Of a stretch of DNA of 64,000 nucleotides, positions 1 through 10,194 are shown one piece after another; the first letter of the stretch is position 1; each line of letters starts with the position of its first letter. A program made the translations under genes and the position numbers. The notes beneath the pieces were generated by a model. The model did no database searches. It was not told the origin of the DNA and saw nothing but the letters and a program-made list of their open reading frames with translations. Origin of the DNA: Bryobacterales bacterium (GTDB lineage Bacteria; Acidobacteriota; Terriglobia; Bryobacterales; UBA6623); the NCBI GenBank assembly GCA_965238125.1, contig OZ250179.1, positions 2,406,723 through 2,470,722 of the forward strand. Reading direction: 5' to 3'.

Positions 1-354
1 AACCATGTCGGCTTCCGGATGGGCTCGGAGCAACTCGACTTGTCGCTCGAGCTTATCCGGCAGCCACACATCATCGGCGTCAAGAAAGGCCGGCGCTTCC
101 CCGCGTGCTTGTTCAATCCCCAGGTTCCGCGCGGCGCTCATGCCGAGATTCACGTGCCCGGGGTGCTCCAGATAGCGGATTCGGTCCGGATCGCGGTCCG
201 CATAACGGCGAGCACAGGCCGTGCCGGCATCGCTTGACCCGTCATCGACCAGCAGCAGCTCCCAATCGGAGTACGTTTGCGCGAGGACGCTCTCGATCGC
301 CTCTTCCAGAAAGCGCTCCGCGTTGAAAAAGATAATGACGGCCGAGACGAGCAT
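1..354 (-). CDS. Family 2 glycosyltransferase, N-terminal part (gene continues past the left edge)
   Basis: Reverse-strand translation from the ATG at 354 reads MLVSAVIIFFNAERFLEEAIESVLAQTYSDWELLLVDDGSSDAGTACARRYADRDPDRIRYLEHPGHVNLGMSAARNLG..FLDADDVW. This shows the GT-A first strand plus DDGS and DAD motifs. It is missing from the ORF track because it is open to the edge. Confidence 0.75.
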   Translation of the reverse strand, partial: MLVSAVIIFFNAERFLEEAIESVLAQTYSDWELLLVDDGSSDAGTACARRYADRDPDRIRYLEHPGHVNLGMSAARNLGIEQARGEAPAFLDADDVWLPDKLERQVELLRAHPEADMV

Positions 355-378
355 CGTACTTTCGGGGATCGCGAGCGA

Positions 379-1362
379 CTACATCGAGAAAGGCGCGCCC
401 GACAGTTTGCGCAAAAAATCCTCGCCGCCGCAATCCTCCACCGCCCAGCGTGGCAGCTCCAAGGCGCTGTCGACACCGGGACGTAGCGGACCGCCCGCCG
501 TCGTGCCCGCCGCTTCAAAGCCCAGCTCGCCAACGATCCGGAGTGTGTCTGTGGAATATTTCCCGTAGGGATAGGAGAACCATCGCACCGGCTTTCCTGT
601 TGATTCTTCCAACTTGTCGCGCGAGTGTTCGATTTCGCGGCGCTGCACCTCGGCTGAATGAGCGGGCAGCAGAGGGTGAGTCGCGGTGTGCGCCCCCAAC
701 TCGATCAAGCCGTCGGCGGTCAGCCGGACGTATTGCTCTTCATTCATCGGCAGGCGCTCGGGACGCGGCGTTCCGTCGCCGCCCGCCCAAACCCAAAGCG
801 AATTGATCGCGGCGGCAATTTCTTCCGCCGGCAGCGGCTGTAGCGCAAAGTAAAGCGATCGAAAAAGGGCGTGGCGCGCGGTAGGTGTTTCTTCACTCAG
901 AGCTCGCCAAGCCCGATTGGCGTTGTAAGCGGCGCGGGAGTAGTTTCGGTCGGCGGCCGGATTCCAATCGATATCTTTGCCGCCGATCGTTAGATGAAGC
1001 TCGCTCGGCAACGGGCCGGGTTCAAGCAGAATTCTCTCGAGCTCTTCCCACCAGAATTCCCGTTGCCGACCAACCGCCGAGCTGATGACGAAAAGCGTCG
1101 CCGGAATACCGAAGGCGGAGAGAACTGCTTTCGCGGCTTCGAGATTATCCACGTAACCATCGTCGAAAGTCACCGCCACGGGCGCTTTCGGCTGCCCGCT
1201 GTCAACGGCCGCCCCGATCGATCCGAACCCGACGGCGGTAAAGTGATGGGCCACGACTTCCATTTGCTCGGCGAAGTGGCGCGGGCTTACACATAGGCCC
1301 CAAGCGTCGGAGTCCGCGTCCGCAACGCGATGATAGAGGAGAATCAGACCGTGGGCGCTCAT
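379..1362 (-). CDS. Polysaccharide deacetylase (NodB-homology domain)
   Basis: ORF 379..1443. Motifs VAVTFDDGY and LELGAHTATHPLL. The ATG at 1362 (MSAHGLILLYHRV) is preferred over 1443 because it leaves a divergent intergenic gap before the GT2 gene. Confidence 0.85.
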   Translation of the reverse strand: MSAHGLILLYHRVADADSDAWGLCVSPRHFAEQMEVVAHHFTAVGFGSIGAAVDSGQPKAPVAVTFDDGYVDNLEAAKAVLSAFGIPATLFVISSAVGRQREFWWEELERILLEPGPLPSELHLTIGGKDIDWNPAADRNYSRAAYNANRAWRALSEETPTARHALFRSLYFALQPLPAEEIAAAINSLWVWAGGDGTPRPERLPMNEEQYVRLTADGLIELGAHTATHPLLPAHSAEVQRREIEHSRDKLEESTGKPVRWFSYPYGKYSTDTLRIVGELGFEAAGTTAGGPLRPGVDSALELPRWAVEDCGGEDFLRKLSGAPFSM

Positions 1363-1555
1363 GTCCCCATGGGAGGCTGCCGAGTGAACCGGAAACGCGC
1401 CCACATGATACACTATTCGCGTTTCAGCCCAAGACACGCCCACGCGCCCGGCCGTGGAGCTTCCGCGGCTGGATTTTCGGGGCCCGGGCTATTCACCGGC
1501 CCGTTGCGCCGCGCCTACGTCGCTGCCCGTTCGCACTTCTCGACGCCGGATCCCC

Positions 1556-3693
1556 ATGGCCAACGCCGCTTTGAGATCCAACCCTTCGGTCAGCGTCGTC
1601 ATCCCGACGAAAAACGCCGGACCGCATTTCGCGAAACCCTGGAAGCGATCCGGAGACAAAGCATCGAAACCGAAATCGTTGTCGTCGATTCCGGCTCGAC
1701 CGATGACACCCTGTCGATCGCCGGCCGTTTCGGCGCCAAGGTGGATTCCCTTCCCCCCGCGTCATTCAATCACGGCGGGACGAGAAATCACGGTATCGCC
1801 CAAAGTACCGGCCGATATTGCGTCTTGCTGGTGCAAGACGCCCTCCCCGTGCGCGCGACCTGGCTCGACGCCCTACTTCAGCCCTTCGCGAACTCGCGGG
1901 TCGCGGCCGTGTCGGGCCGCGTCGAACCTCGGCCCGATGGCGATGCGGTCGGGCGCTGGGAAACCCTCGCTCAGCGTGATTTGTTGGGACCGTCCGCCCG
2001 CGTCTCGGAAGTGCGCGACTGGAGCGCCTTCGAGACGCTCTCCCGCGAAGACCGCTTACGACTGGTGACGTCGAACAACGTCGCCTGCGTCCTGCGGCGC
2101 GAGGCATGGGAAACGCTGCCGTTTTCCGACACTGCCTTTGGCGAGGACTTGGACTGGGGCTTGCGGGCTCTGCGAGCAGGCTGGCGCCTGGCCTACACGC
2201 CGGATGCGGTCGTTCTCCATTCGCACACTCGGCCCGCGGCTTTTCATTTCGAGCGGGTGTACGTGTCGGGGAAGTTAGTGCCCGGCGTGCTCGGCTACAA
2301 GCCGCAAGATCCCCAACTGAGCGGCGACGAGCAGTTCTTGCGGTTCCTCGGACTGTTGCTCGGCGAGGTGGAATTGCTCCTTCAAGAGCCCCTGAGCGAC
2401 CCGAAACAGTTCCCCTCCTATCTCGGTCGGCTTCAATGGCGGGCGGACTCCGGGCGCCGCGGGCACCGAGAGTTGAGCGACTACCGGGATCACGCCTTGC
2501 GGAGCATGTTCTATTCGCTGCTGGACGAAGTCTTGTCGTCCGCCGCGGTCTCATCACGTGAGGAGGCCGACGAAACCGTGGTCAAGGTCTTGGCTCGGAC
2601 ACTGGGAAGCTTCAGCGCGCTTTATTATCTCGATGGCGAACGGCGCGGAAATCTCAGCGACTGTATGCGGAAGCTGGATCGATCCTGGATCGAAGACAGC
2701 GGGGAACGGGCCGCATCCGATGATTCGTCGCGGCCCGCGAGCCATGGCCCTCGAGGAGAGGCGGCCGGGGCCCATTCTCAGATCACGAGACTCGCCGAGC
2801 GCTTCCCCGGTGATATCGAGCTGCCTTCCGCGCCGTTCTTTTTCAGCGAAGCACCTGTAATCCGTTCCGCGCCGGCGAGCCGAGGACGATTACGTCGCGT
2901 CGGCGACCATCTCGCCAACGCCGGATTGCTTTCGGTGCGCTCCTGGCTTGGCCACCCGTTTCGTACCGCCGGCATGGCGGTTCCGCTTGGCTGGAAACTG
3001 CGTCTCCATCGCGCCTTGAATCGGCCGCTGTTTAATTTGCGTCCTTACGCGCGCTTCCAACGCGGAGGATGCGCGGGCGCCGAGCCCCGTATCGAAGTCG
3101 CCGTGCCGATCTCGCCTAAAGATGGCCGCCGGCGACAGTTGCGACTCGTCACGCCGAACCCTTGCTCCGATGACGACGGCCTAATGAAAGACTTAGGCCG
3201 GCTTGGCGACCTAGACCGGTGGGAGGTCACAACCATCATCGACCGCCCGCCGGAAGGGGTCGGCCCCGTCAGCGATCGCGTTGAACCGGACGACGAGGCC
3301 GGCTGCTTCCCCGCTGCACGGAATTCCAGCAGGGTCATCCTCTTCGCTATCTCGGATCTCATCGTGCCGGAGCAAAGATTCTTCGAGGCTGCGACCGCCG
3401 AACTGGCGAGACTTCGCCCGGACCTCGGCTTGCGGGGAAGTTTCGGAGCCGCGGAAGACCCCCCGGCCGCCGAGGGCATCGCCGGCGCGATTTTCGTTGC
3501 TCCCCAACAGCGGCATCGTGCCCTGGCGTTAGAAATCGTGCGACGGGATTTGCCGGTCGTATACTGGCATGAGACGCCCTACAGCCCGCTTTGGGGCGCC
3601 GCGCCCGGAAGCGATCCGGCCACAAGGCGGGCAAGGACTCTGGCGCTGATCCTCGATCGGATGTTTCCGACCCACGCTCCGGCTCAGCGCTGA
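1556..3693 (+). pseudogene. Family 2 glycosyltransferase with long C-terminal extension; reading frame broken near 1630
   Basis: The frame starting at ATG 1556 gives MANAALRSNPSVSVVIPTKNAGPHF. The frame of ORF 1330..3693 continues RETLEAIRRQSIETEIVVVDSGSTDDTLSIAG..NHGGTRNHG..LLVQDALP. Together these make a contiguous GT2 domain only if one base is added at about 1630 (cat ttc / cgc share c1630). Confidence 0.7.
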
Positions 3694-3750
3694 GCGTTCG
3701 CGACGCTTGCCGACAACGGTTATCGCTCACGATGGGCTGTTGACAACCAG

Positions 3751-4712
3751 ATGAGCAAATCGCCTCCCAGCGGCCGCCTCGCGGCCGACCCCAACCCTTT
3801 TCGTGAAGCTGAGTCAGCGACCGGCACGGCAACCACCCTTACCTGGACCGCCAAGATACCGCCGTGTTGGAAGTCCGCCTGGGAGCTCCCGATGGACCCT
3901 TAGTGACTCGCTCCGGCCCCCTGGGCAGTGCCCGGATCGGAAGCTGGCTGCAAGCCGGCATCACGTTTTACCTCCAAGACGTCGAGGGAGGCAGGCCCCT
4001 AGTCCCCGAGCACACCCTCGACACCGTCACCGTCCAGCCGCCTTCGTTACCGGACAAACTGCGTTGGGGAGACCTTCGAAGGGTTACACCGATCAGCCGG
4101 AATTGGGGATATGACCGTGGGCAGCCAATCGACCGCTACTACATAGAAAATTTTCTGGGGGCTCACGCGACGGATATTCGCGGCAGGGTGTTGGAAATCG
4201 GCGATAACGCTTACACCCGTCGTTTCGGGGGCGCCGAAGTAAGTAAGGGTGAGGTTCTCAACCTCCGAGACGACGTCCCCGGCACAACGATCGTCGGCGA
4301 TCTATGTGACGCGGCTCGGATTCCTTCGGATGCGTTCGATTGCATCATCACAACGCAAACTCTGCAGTACGTCACCGACCCGCCCGGCGCTGTTCGGACA
4401 CTGCTGCGGGCCTTGCGGCCCGGCGGAGTGCTGCTGGCAACCTTCCCGGGGATAAGCCAAACCTATGACGCCGAATGGCAAGACTCGTGGTATTGGGCCT
4501 TTACGATTCCTTCGGCGCACCTGTTGTTTGACGAAGTTTTCGGCGGAGACAACGTCGCCATCGAAGGTTTCGGCAGCGTCTTAACTGCGGTATCTTTTCT
4601 CGAAGGCTTGGCGTCCCACGAACTGGCCATCGAAGAACTCGATGCCCGCGATCCCGGATACGCCGTCACCATAACGGTCCGCGCAACGAAGGCTGCAACG
4701 GTGGAAAGTTAA
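3751..4712 (+). pseudogene. Class I SAM-dependent methyltransferase with conserved N-terminal domain; reading frame broken near 3864
   Basis: ATG 3751 gives MSKSPPSGRLAADPNPFREAESATGTATTLTWTAKIP. The frame of ORF 3864..4712 continues VLEVRLGAPDGPLVTRSGPLGSARIGSWLQAGITFYLQDV..RVLEIGDNAYTRRFGG..LRPGGVLLATFPG. The two halves join only with a one-base correction at about 3862-3864. Confidence 0.65.
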
Positions 4713-4730
4713 ACCCACTTCCAGCCGTTT

Positions 4731-6860
4731 TCAGAATTTCAGGACTTGCCAAAGACCGGCGAAATCGTCGGTCCAGACGAGAGCCGGTACGTCGGGATCG
4801 GTCGGTTTCGCGACCGCCGCCAAGGCCGTCTCATCCGCCAGGAATTCGTGATTCTTCGTCACGATCATCCAGGTGGAAGGATTGATTCCGCGTTCAGCGT
4901 CTCCCGAGTCGAGAAAAAAAAGAGTCGTGTTCCCGCGGAGCTCGGCGAGGCCCCTCACGACCGGCTCGAGGTTCAAGGTATGGTTCGAGATATGGAACAA
5001 CAGCAGCCCGTCGGGTCGCAAATGCCGCCAATAAGTTTCCACCGATTCCGCTGTCAGCAAATGAATCGGGATCGCGTCGCTGCTGAACGCGTCGACGGCA
5101 AGAATGTCGAATTCTTGCGGTTGGTTGCCGCTCAGCTCCGACTCCATGCGAACCCGAGCGTCCCCCATAACCACATCGACCGCGGCGACCGAGTCCTTCA
5201 CGTAGGTGAAGTGGTCTTCGGCACTCTCGATGACGTCGGGATTAATCTCGTAAAAGCGAAAGTAATCGCCTTCCAATCCGTAGGTGGCGATGGTCCCCGC
5301 GCCCAACCCGATCACGCCCACGCGCAGTGTTCGATCGATTTCCCGGAGCCGCCGAGGATGGCGCTTCATGGCCAAGCCGATGGCGCTGTCAGGCCCGTAA
5401 TACGCAGTCGGCCACTTACGCCGATCGGGGGCAAGGAACTGCTCGCCGTGAACGACGCGTCCGTGAACCAGCTTGATCTTGCGGCTCGGTCCCTCCCCTT
5501 CCTCTTGTAGCCTCAAGATCCCATAGAAACTTCTTCTAGTTACGATCGTCTCGGGGCCTGTAGCCCGAATCATCACGATGACGCCGCACACGACCGCCAG
5601 CATCATGCCGGCCATGGGGCCCACGACCCAATGCGGTTGCTTGAGGAAAGGCTCCCAAGCTTTGACCCGATACCAAGTAAACAACGTCAACGCGCCGCAC
5701 GCCGCCAGAGCCAGCGGATACTCCGAGAACGCCGTAAAGATCCGAGGCGCGATGAGCGCCACGAAAACCCCACCCAAAGCGCCACCGGCCGCGACGGCCA
5801 GATAAAACAACGTCAGGTGCCGCGGGTGCGGCTTGAGCTTCGCCAGTTCGTTATGACAACACATGCAACACGCGAACAAGGCGATGCTGTAAGCGACGAT
5901 GTGGTAGATCAACGGAATATTCGGGCCGGCCGCGGCCACGCTGAGTGAAGCGGCCGCGGATATGCCGACGAGAAATCCGAAAACACGACGGTCATACCAT
6001 CGCTCGCTGTCGAAGCTGATGACGAAGGTGAGTAAGTAGATGGCGAGCGGTACCACCCAGAGAAAGGGAATCACCGCGATCTCTTGGCACATTTGGTTGG
6101 TCGTAGCTAACAGCAACACGGCTCCGACGGCTGAAAGGCCGAGCCAAATCGAAATCGTGCCCCCACTAGGCGACTGGACGGGATCTCCTCGATCCTCGCC
6201 GCTGGTGAGTTCGGTCTCCGGCCCGGGGCTCGCATCCATGAAACCCGCGCGAACGGCCGACCAGCCCGATAGGATCACGAAGACTCCGTAAGCGGCGGAC
6301 CAAATCAGGACTTGGTTCCGCAACGCCAGCCACGGCTCGAATAAGAAGGGGTAGCTCAGCAACGCCAGTAGCGAGCCGGCGTTCGACAGAGCGTACAGTC
6401 GATAGGGTGAGCGGCCGGGGAGAGTTTCGCTGAACCACCGTTGCACAAGCGGAGTCGTCGAAGAGAGCAACAAGTAGGGCAAACCTACCGTTGCGGCTAA
6501 CAGCAGCAGAATCTTTATCGTGGGAGGGTCGCCGGCAGATGGTTTCCAAAGAGGCGACGGCGAAATCGGTAGAACCAGCAGCGAAACCGCCAACAGCGCC
6601 AGATGAATACTGCTCCCCAAGCGGGCGGGGAGTCGTGAGCAGGCCCAGTGGGCGTACGCGTAGCCGACCAACAGCACCAACTGGAAGAAGAGTAGGCAAG
6701 CCGTCCAAACCGCCGGCCCGCCGCCGAACCACGGCAGGATATATTTCCCGATAAGGGGTTGAACTTGGAACAGCAGGAAGGCGCTTAGGATGATCGTAAC
6801 GCCGAATCGCAGCATGAAATCCTGTGGGGGTGCCGTTCGTCGATCCGCCGCCGTCCGCAA
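4731..6860 (-). CDS. Fused polytopic membrane domain / spermidine-synthase-like protein
   Basis: 709 aa. The N-terminal ~430 aa are multi-TM. The C-terminal part carries VGVIGLGAGTIATYG, YEINPDV and DILAVDAFSSDAIPIHLLT (spermidine synthase/MTase fold). Confidence 0.85.
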   Translation of the reverse strand: MRTAADRRTAPPQDFMLRFGVTIILSAFLLFQVQPLIGKYILPWFGGGPAVWTACLLFFQLVLLVGYAYAHWACSRLPARLGSSIHLALLAVSLLVLPISPSPLWKPSAGDPPTIKILLLLAATVGLPYLLLSSTTPLVQRWFSETLPGRSPYRLYALSNAGSLLALLSYPFLFEPWLALRNQVLIWSAAYGVFVILSGWSAVRAGFMDASPGPETELTSGEDRGDPVQSPSGGTISIWLGLSAVGAVLLLATTNQMCQEIAVIPFLWVVPLAIYLLTFVISFDSERWYDRRVFGFLVGISAAASLSVAAAGPNIPLIYHIVAYSIALFACCMCCHNELAKLKPHPRHLTLFYLAVAAGGALGGVFVALIAPRIFTAFSEYPLALAACGALTLFTWYRVKAWEPFLKQPHWVVGPMAGMMLAVVCGVIVMIRATGPETIVTRRSFYGILRLQEEGEGPSRKIKLVHGRVVHGEQFLAPDRRKWPTAYYGPDSAIGLAMKRHPRRLREIDRTLRVGVIGLGAGTIATYGLEGDYFRFYEINPDVIESAEDHFTYVKDSVAAVDVVMGDARVRMESELSGNQPQEFDILAVDAFSSDAIPIHLLTAESVETYWRHLRPDGLLLFHISNHTLNLEPVVRGLAELRGNTTLFFLDSGDAERGINPSTWMIVTKNHEFLADETALAAVAKPTDPDVPALVWTDDFAGLWQVLKF

Positions 6861-7157
6861 TGAGAGCCGGGCGGTATCTTACCTCGACTATCGGGAGGGA
6901 TCGGGAAGACGAGGCGCCAAAGCAGACCCTAGACGCATGATACCTCACGTATATTCGTCGCTCCCAGTCGAGTGACGTGATCTCAATGAAGAGAGCGAGC
7001 CCCGTTTCCCACTCTTGTGGAGCGGCGTCCGAGACGAGTCAAGCTGAGAGCTTGTTTTGACCGTGGCCGGCCTTGGACCGGCCTGCATTTCTCGCCGGCT
7101 GTTGGCCGAAGCATACGATAGGCCCTCCACTACTTCGTTGCGCTTGCCTCGTCCCCG

Positions 7158-8048
7158 CTACCCCGCAAGGGCGTCGGGGATAGCCGTCTCGGCCGCGCTC
7201 CACGGAATCTCTTCGTGGCACGAGGGGTCGTGCATGATTTTCTGCACCAAGGCCGCATGCAGCGCGTGGCCTCCACGTTCCACCGTCACGTTGGCGAGCA
7301 GCGGGCGTCCCAACAGAGCCAAATCGCCGATCAAATCAAGAAGTTTGTGGCGGCAGCATTCATCGCGGAAGCGCAGCCCGCCCGGGTTCAACAGGCTGTC
7401 GGGACTGAAGCAAACCGCGTTGTCGAGACCGGCCCCGCGGATCAAGCCCATATCCCGCATTGTTTCCAAGTCCGCTTCGAACCCGAACGTCCTCGCCGGA
7501 GCGATCAACCGCGCGTAGTCGTCGGCGGCCACGTGAAGTTCCACCTCGTCGGGACCCGCGAGAGGGTGTCCATAGTCGGTGCGACATGTGATTCGAAATT
7601 CGTCCGCCGGTCCAATCGAGATCCGTTTATCCCCCTCGACGATTTCCACCGGACGAACGATCCGCAGATAGCGCCGCTGCCGCCGCAACTGCTTTATCCC
7701 CGCGCCCCGCAGCAGCTCGACAAACGGATGCGCGCTACCGTCGAGGATCGGCACTTCCAGATTGTCGATCTCGATGCGCGCATTATCAATGCCGCCCGCG
7801 TAGAGGGCGCTCAACAAGTGCTCGGTGGTCGACAACAAAACGCCCTTGCGCATCAAGCTGGTCGCGTAGCTGACTCGGGCGACATGCCGCCAATCAGCGG
7901 GAATCTCGAACGAGTCAAGATCCGTCCTCACGAAAACAATGCCGCTGCCCGAGGACGCCGGAAGAATTCGCAAAGAGACGTCCTGTCCGCTGTGGAGACC
8001 GACGCCGGCCGTCTCAACGGCTTCGACGGTGCTGGTTTCAAATTGCAT
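7158..8048 (-). CDS. lpxC: UDP-3-O-acyl-N-acetylglucosamine deacetylase
   Basis: 296 aa. Contains GVGLHSGQDVSLRILPA..GIVFVRTDL, TTEHLLSALYAGGIDNARIEID..EVPILDGSAHPFVELL and a C-terminal HKLLDLIGDL motif. Confidence 0.9.
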   Translation of the reverse strand: MQFETSTVEAVETAGVGLHSGQDVSLRILPASSGSGIVFVRTDLDSFEIPADWRHVARVSYATSLMRKGVLLSTTEHLLSALYAGGIDNARIEIDNLEVPILDGSAHPFVELLRGAGIKQLRRQRRYLRIVRPVEIVEGDKRISIGPADEFRITCRTDYGHPLAGPDEVELHVAADDYARLIAPARTFGFEADLETMRDMGLIRGAGLDNAVCFSPDSLLNPGGLRFRDECCRHKLLDLIGDLALLGRPLLANVTVERGGHALHAALVQKIMHDPSCHEEIPWSAAETAIPDALAG

Positions 8049-8562
8049 GGAAGACAGCGAGTTGAAAAGTATCAGGCGAACCTTTTTGGATGTCGTTCGC
8101 GCGAGGCTCGCGCAAGGCCCAGGTTGTCGTATTGGATATGGATGTCGGCCGGGCCGCGGATCGACTCTTCCCCTATTGCAAGCGACGGTCCAACCCTAAG
8201 TCATTGATTTTATTATCCAATACAGGATAGAAGTGTGTCTATTTTGCCACACTTTCAACGCTTCCAGTGCGGGCTAAGCACGATCCGCGAGCCCGATTCT
8301 GCTTTCCGGCCGACACCGATCGCAACCAAGTCGCCCCGGGGGGACGCGAAACCTACGCCTGTCATCCGACCTCCATGACCGCCGTTTCGAGGCCGCTTGC
8401 GGGTTTCTAACCCCTCTGTTATAAAGAGAGTTCCCACGTCGGCACCCCCAAACCGCGTTTTCCGATCCTCATTTCGTAAACGCTCGATCGAGAGAGAGTC
8501 ATGGTCGCCGGCCGGCCGCAACCTCGCGAGTGAGCGTCGACGAATTCCGGACCGCAACCATC

Positions 8563-10032
8563 ATGTCGAAGTTTGAACTCCCACGCGCGACGCGCGATTT
8601 CCTGCCGGGCGAGACGGCCGCCCGCAACCATGTACGCGCCGGATTCGTGAAGGCGGCCGAATCGTACGGCTTTCAAGAGGTCCAGACCCCGATTTTCGAG
8701 CATGTGGAACTGTTCTCCGCCCGCTCAGGCCCGGAAATCAAGGGCTCGATGCTGACGTTCCATTGCGACCACGAGGAGTTCGCCCTTCGCCCGGAGATGA
8801 CGGCGCCTGTCTGCCGTTTAATGAGCTCCGGCGCCCTGGCGGCCGACCAACTGCCGCACAAGCTGTTCTATTTCGGGCCCTGCTTTCGGTATTGTCGCCC
8901 GCACTCGGGTCGCTATCGGGAGTTCTTGCAAGCCGGTTTCGAGTGCCTCGGCGCCTCCGGTCCCGACGCCGATGCCGAGGTTGTCGCCGCCGCGGGACGT
9001 GTCTTGCGCGGACTGGGCATCGACGATTTCGCCCTCAAAATCGGCAGCATTGGAATCTTTCGCGACTTGCTGCCCGACGACCTTGACGCCGAGGATGGAG
9101 CGACGGTGATCGGGCACCTTGACCAGTTAATCGGCATCCATGAGAAATGCCGCCGCCTCGGCGCCGGTTCCGACGCTTCCGTCGTGGACGATCTGAAATC
9201 CGAACGCATGGAATTGGCGGCCTTGCAGGCCCGAACCGACTACAGCGGTCCCGACTCGATCGCCGAGAGTCCTCAAATCGACCCGGCAGAATTCGCCGAG
9301 CGTTTACCGGCCGAAGCCGAAGTCACCTTTCGCCGTCTTTGGAAGGTGGAAGAGCTGCTGCCCGAGGCAACCGCGGAGCTGTTGATCAAGACTTCGCGCC
9401 TACGAGGCCCCCTTGAAACGATTCGCGAACAAGCCCTGGAATTGCTTGCGGAAACGCCGGCCACGGCCGCCCTCGACGAGCTGCTGAGCGTGTGCCGCCG
9501 TGTCGAAATGTACGGCATCGAGAAGTTCGAAGTCGCCCTCGGGATCGCCCGCGGTTTTACTTTTTACACCAGCACGGTCTTTGAGATCACATCCGGACCG
9601 GCCAATGGCGGGATTCTCTATTGCGGCGGCGGACGCTACGATCGTTTGGTGGAATTGTTCGGCGGCCCGCCCATGCCCTCGGCCGGGTGCGCCTTTCGCT
9701 TCGATGCGCTCGTGGACGCCTTCCTGCGCACCGACTCCTGGCGGGAGCCCGCACCCTATCAACTCTTTCTGCTCGCCGAGTCCGACGAAAAGCTCCCCGA
9801 GGCGATCCGCTTCGGGGAACAACTGCGGGAGCGCGGGCTGCGTGTCGGCATCGCGACCTCCGGCTCAGCGAAGCCTTCGGCGGCCGACTTCAGCAAATAC
9901 AAGACGGAGGCGATCGGCGCGATCAGGGGCGGTGAACCGATGGTCCTCGACCTAACCGACGGATCAGGCGTGCGAGAATTACCCCTCGACGCCGACACTC
10001 TCGTCACGAGCTTAGGGGCTTCTAACCCTTAG
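8563..10032 (+). CDS. hisS: Histidine--tRNA ligase (long insertion domain)
   Basis: ELPRATRDFLPGE, FRYCRPHSGRYREFLQAGFECLG, GGGRYDRLVELFGG, plus a C-terminal anticodon-binding-like region (YQLFLLAESDE..GLRVGI). ATG 8563 is preferred to GTG 8530. HisZ is not formally excluded. Confidence 0.75.
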   Translation: MSKFELPRATRDFLPGETAARNHVRAGFVKAAESYGFQEVQTPIFEHVELFSARSGPEIKGSMLTFHCDHEEFALRPEMTAPVCRLMSSGALAADQLPHKLFYFGPCFRYCRPHSGRYREFLQAGFECLGASGPDADAEVVAAAGRVLRGLGIDDFALKIGSIGIFRDLLPDDLDAEDGATVIGHLDQLIGIHEKCRRLGAGSDASVVDDLKSERMELAALQARTDYSGPDSIAESPQIDPAEFAERLPAEAEVTFRRLWKVEELLPEATAELLIKTSRLRGPLETIREQALELLAETPATAALDELLSVCRRVEMYGIEKFEVALGIARGFTFYTSTVFEITSGPANGGILYCGGGRYDRLVELFGGPPMPSAGCAFRFDALVDAFLRTDSWREPAPYQLFLLAESDEKLPEAIRFGEQLRERGLRVGIATSGSAKPSAADFSKYKTEAIGAIRGGEPMVLDLTDGSGVRELPLDADTLVTSLGASNP

Positions 10033-10194
10033 CCTCGCCTGAGGCTTACGGGCTCTGAAAAAGCCCGGGGGCAGGCCGCCTCTAGTTCTCTCCCATTCAG
10101 CTCCCCGTTGCATCCCGACCCGGCTCGCTTGTACACTCGGCTGAGTGAACGCCGTTACGACATTCGATTCTTTCAACGACTCCAAAGGAAAATC

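Noticed and set aside
1330-1555. Upstream part of the 787-aa track ORF 1330..3693
   Set aside because: It overlaps the divergent deacetylase gene and has no protein-like sequence. The GT2 N-terminal motif lies in another frame starting at 1556.
7215-8207. 330-aa ORF on the plus strand
   Set aside because: It is antisense to lpxC and has a low-complexity Arg/Gln/Val-rich translation, so it is a shadow ORF.
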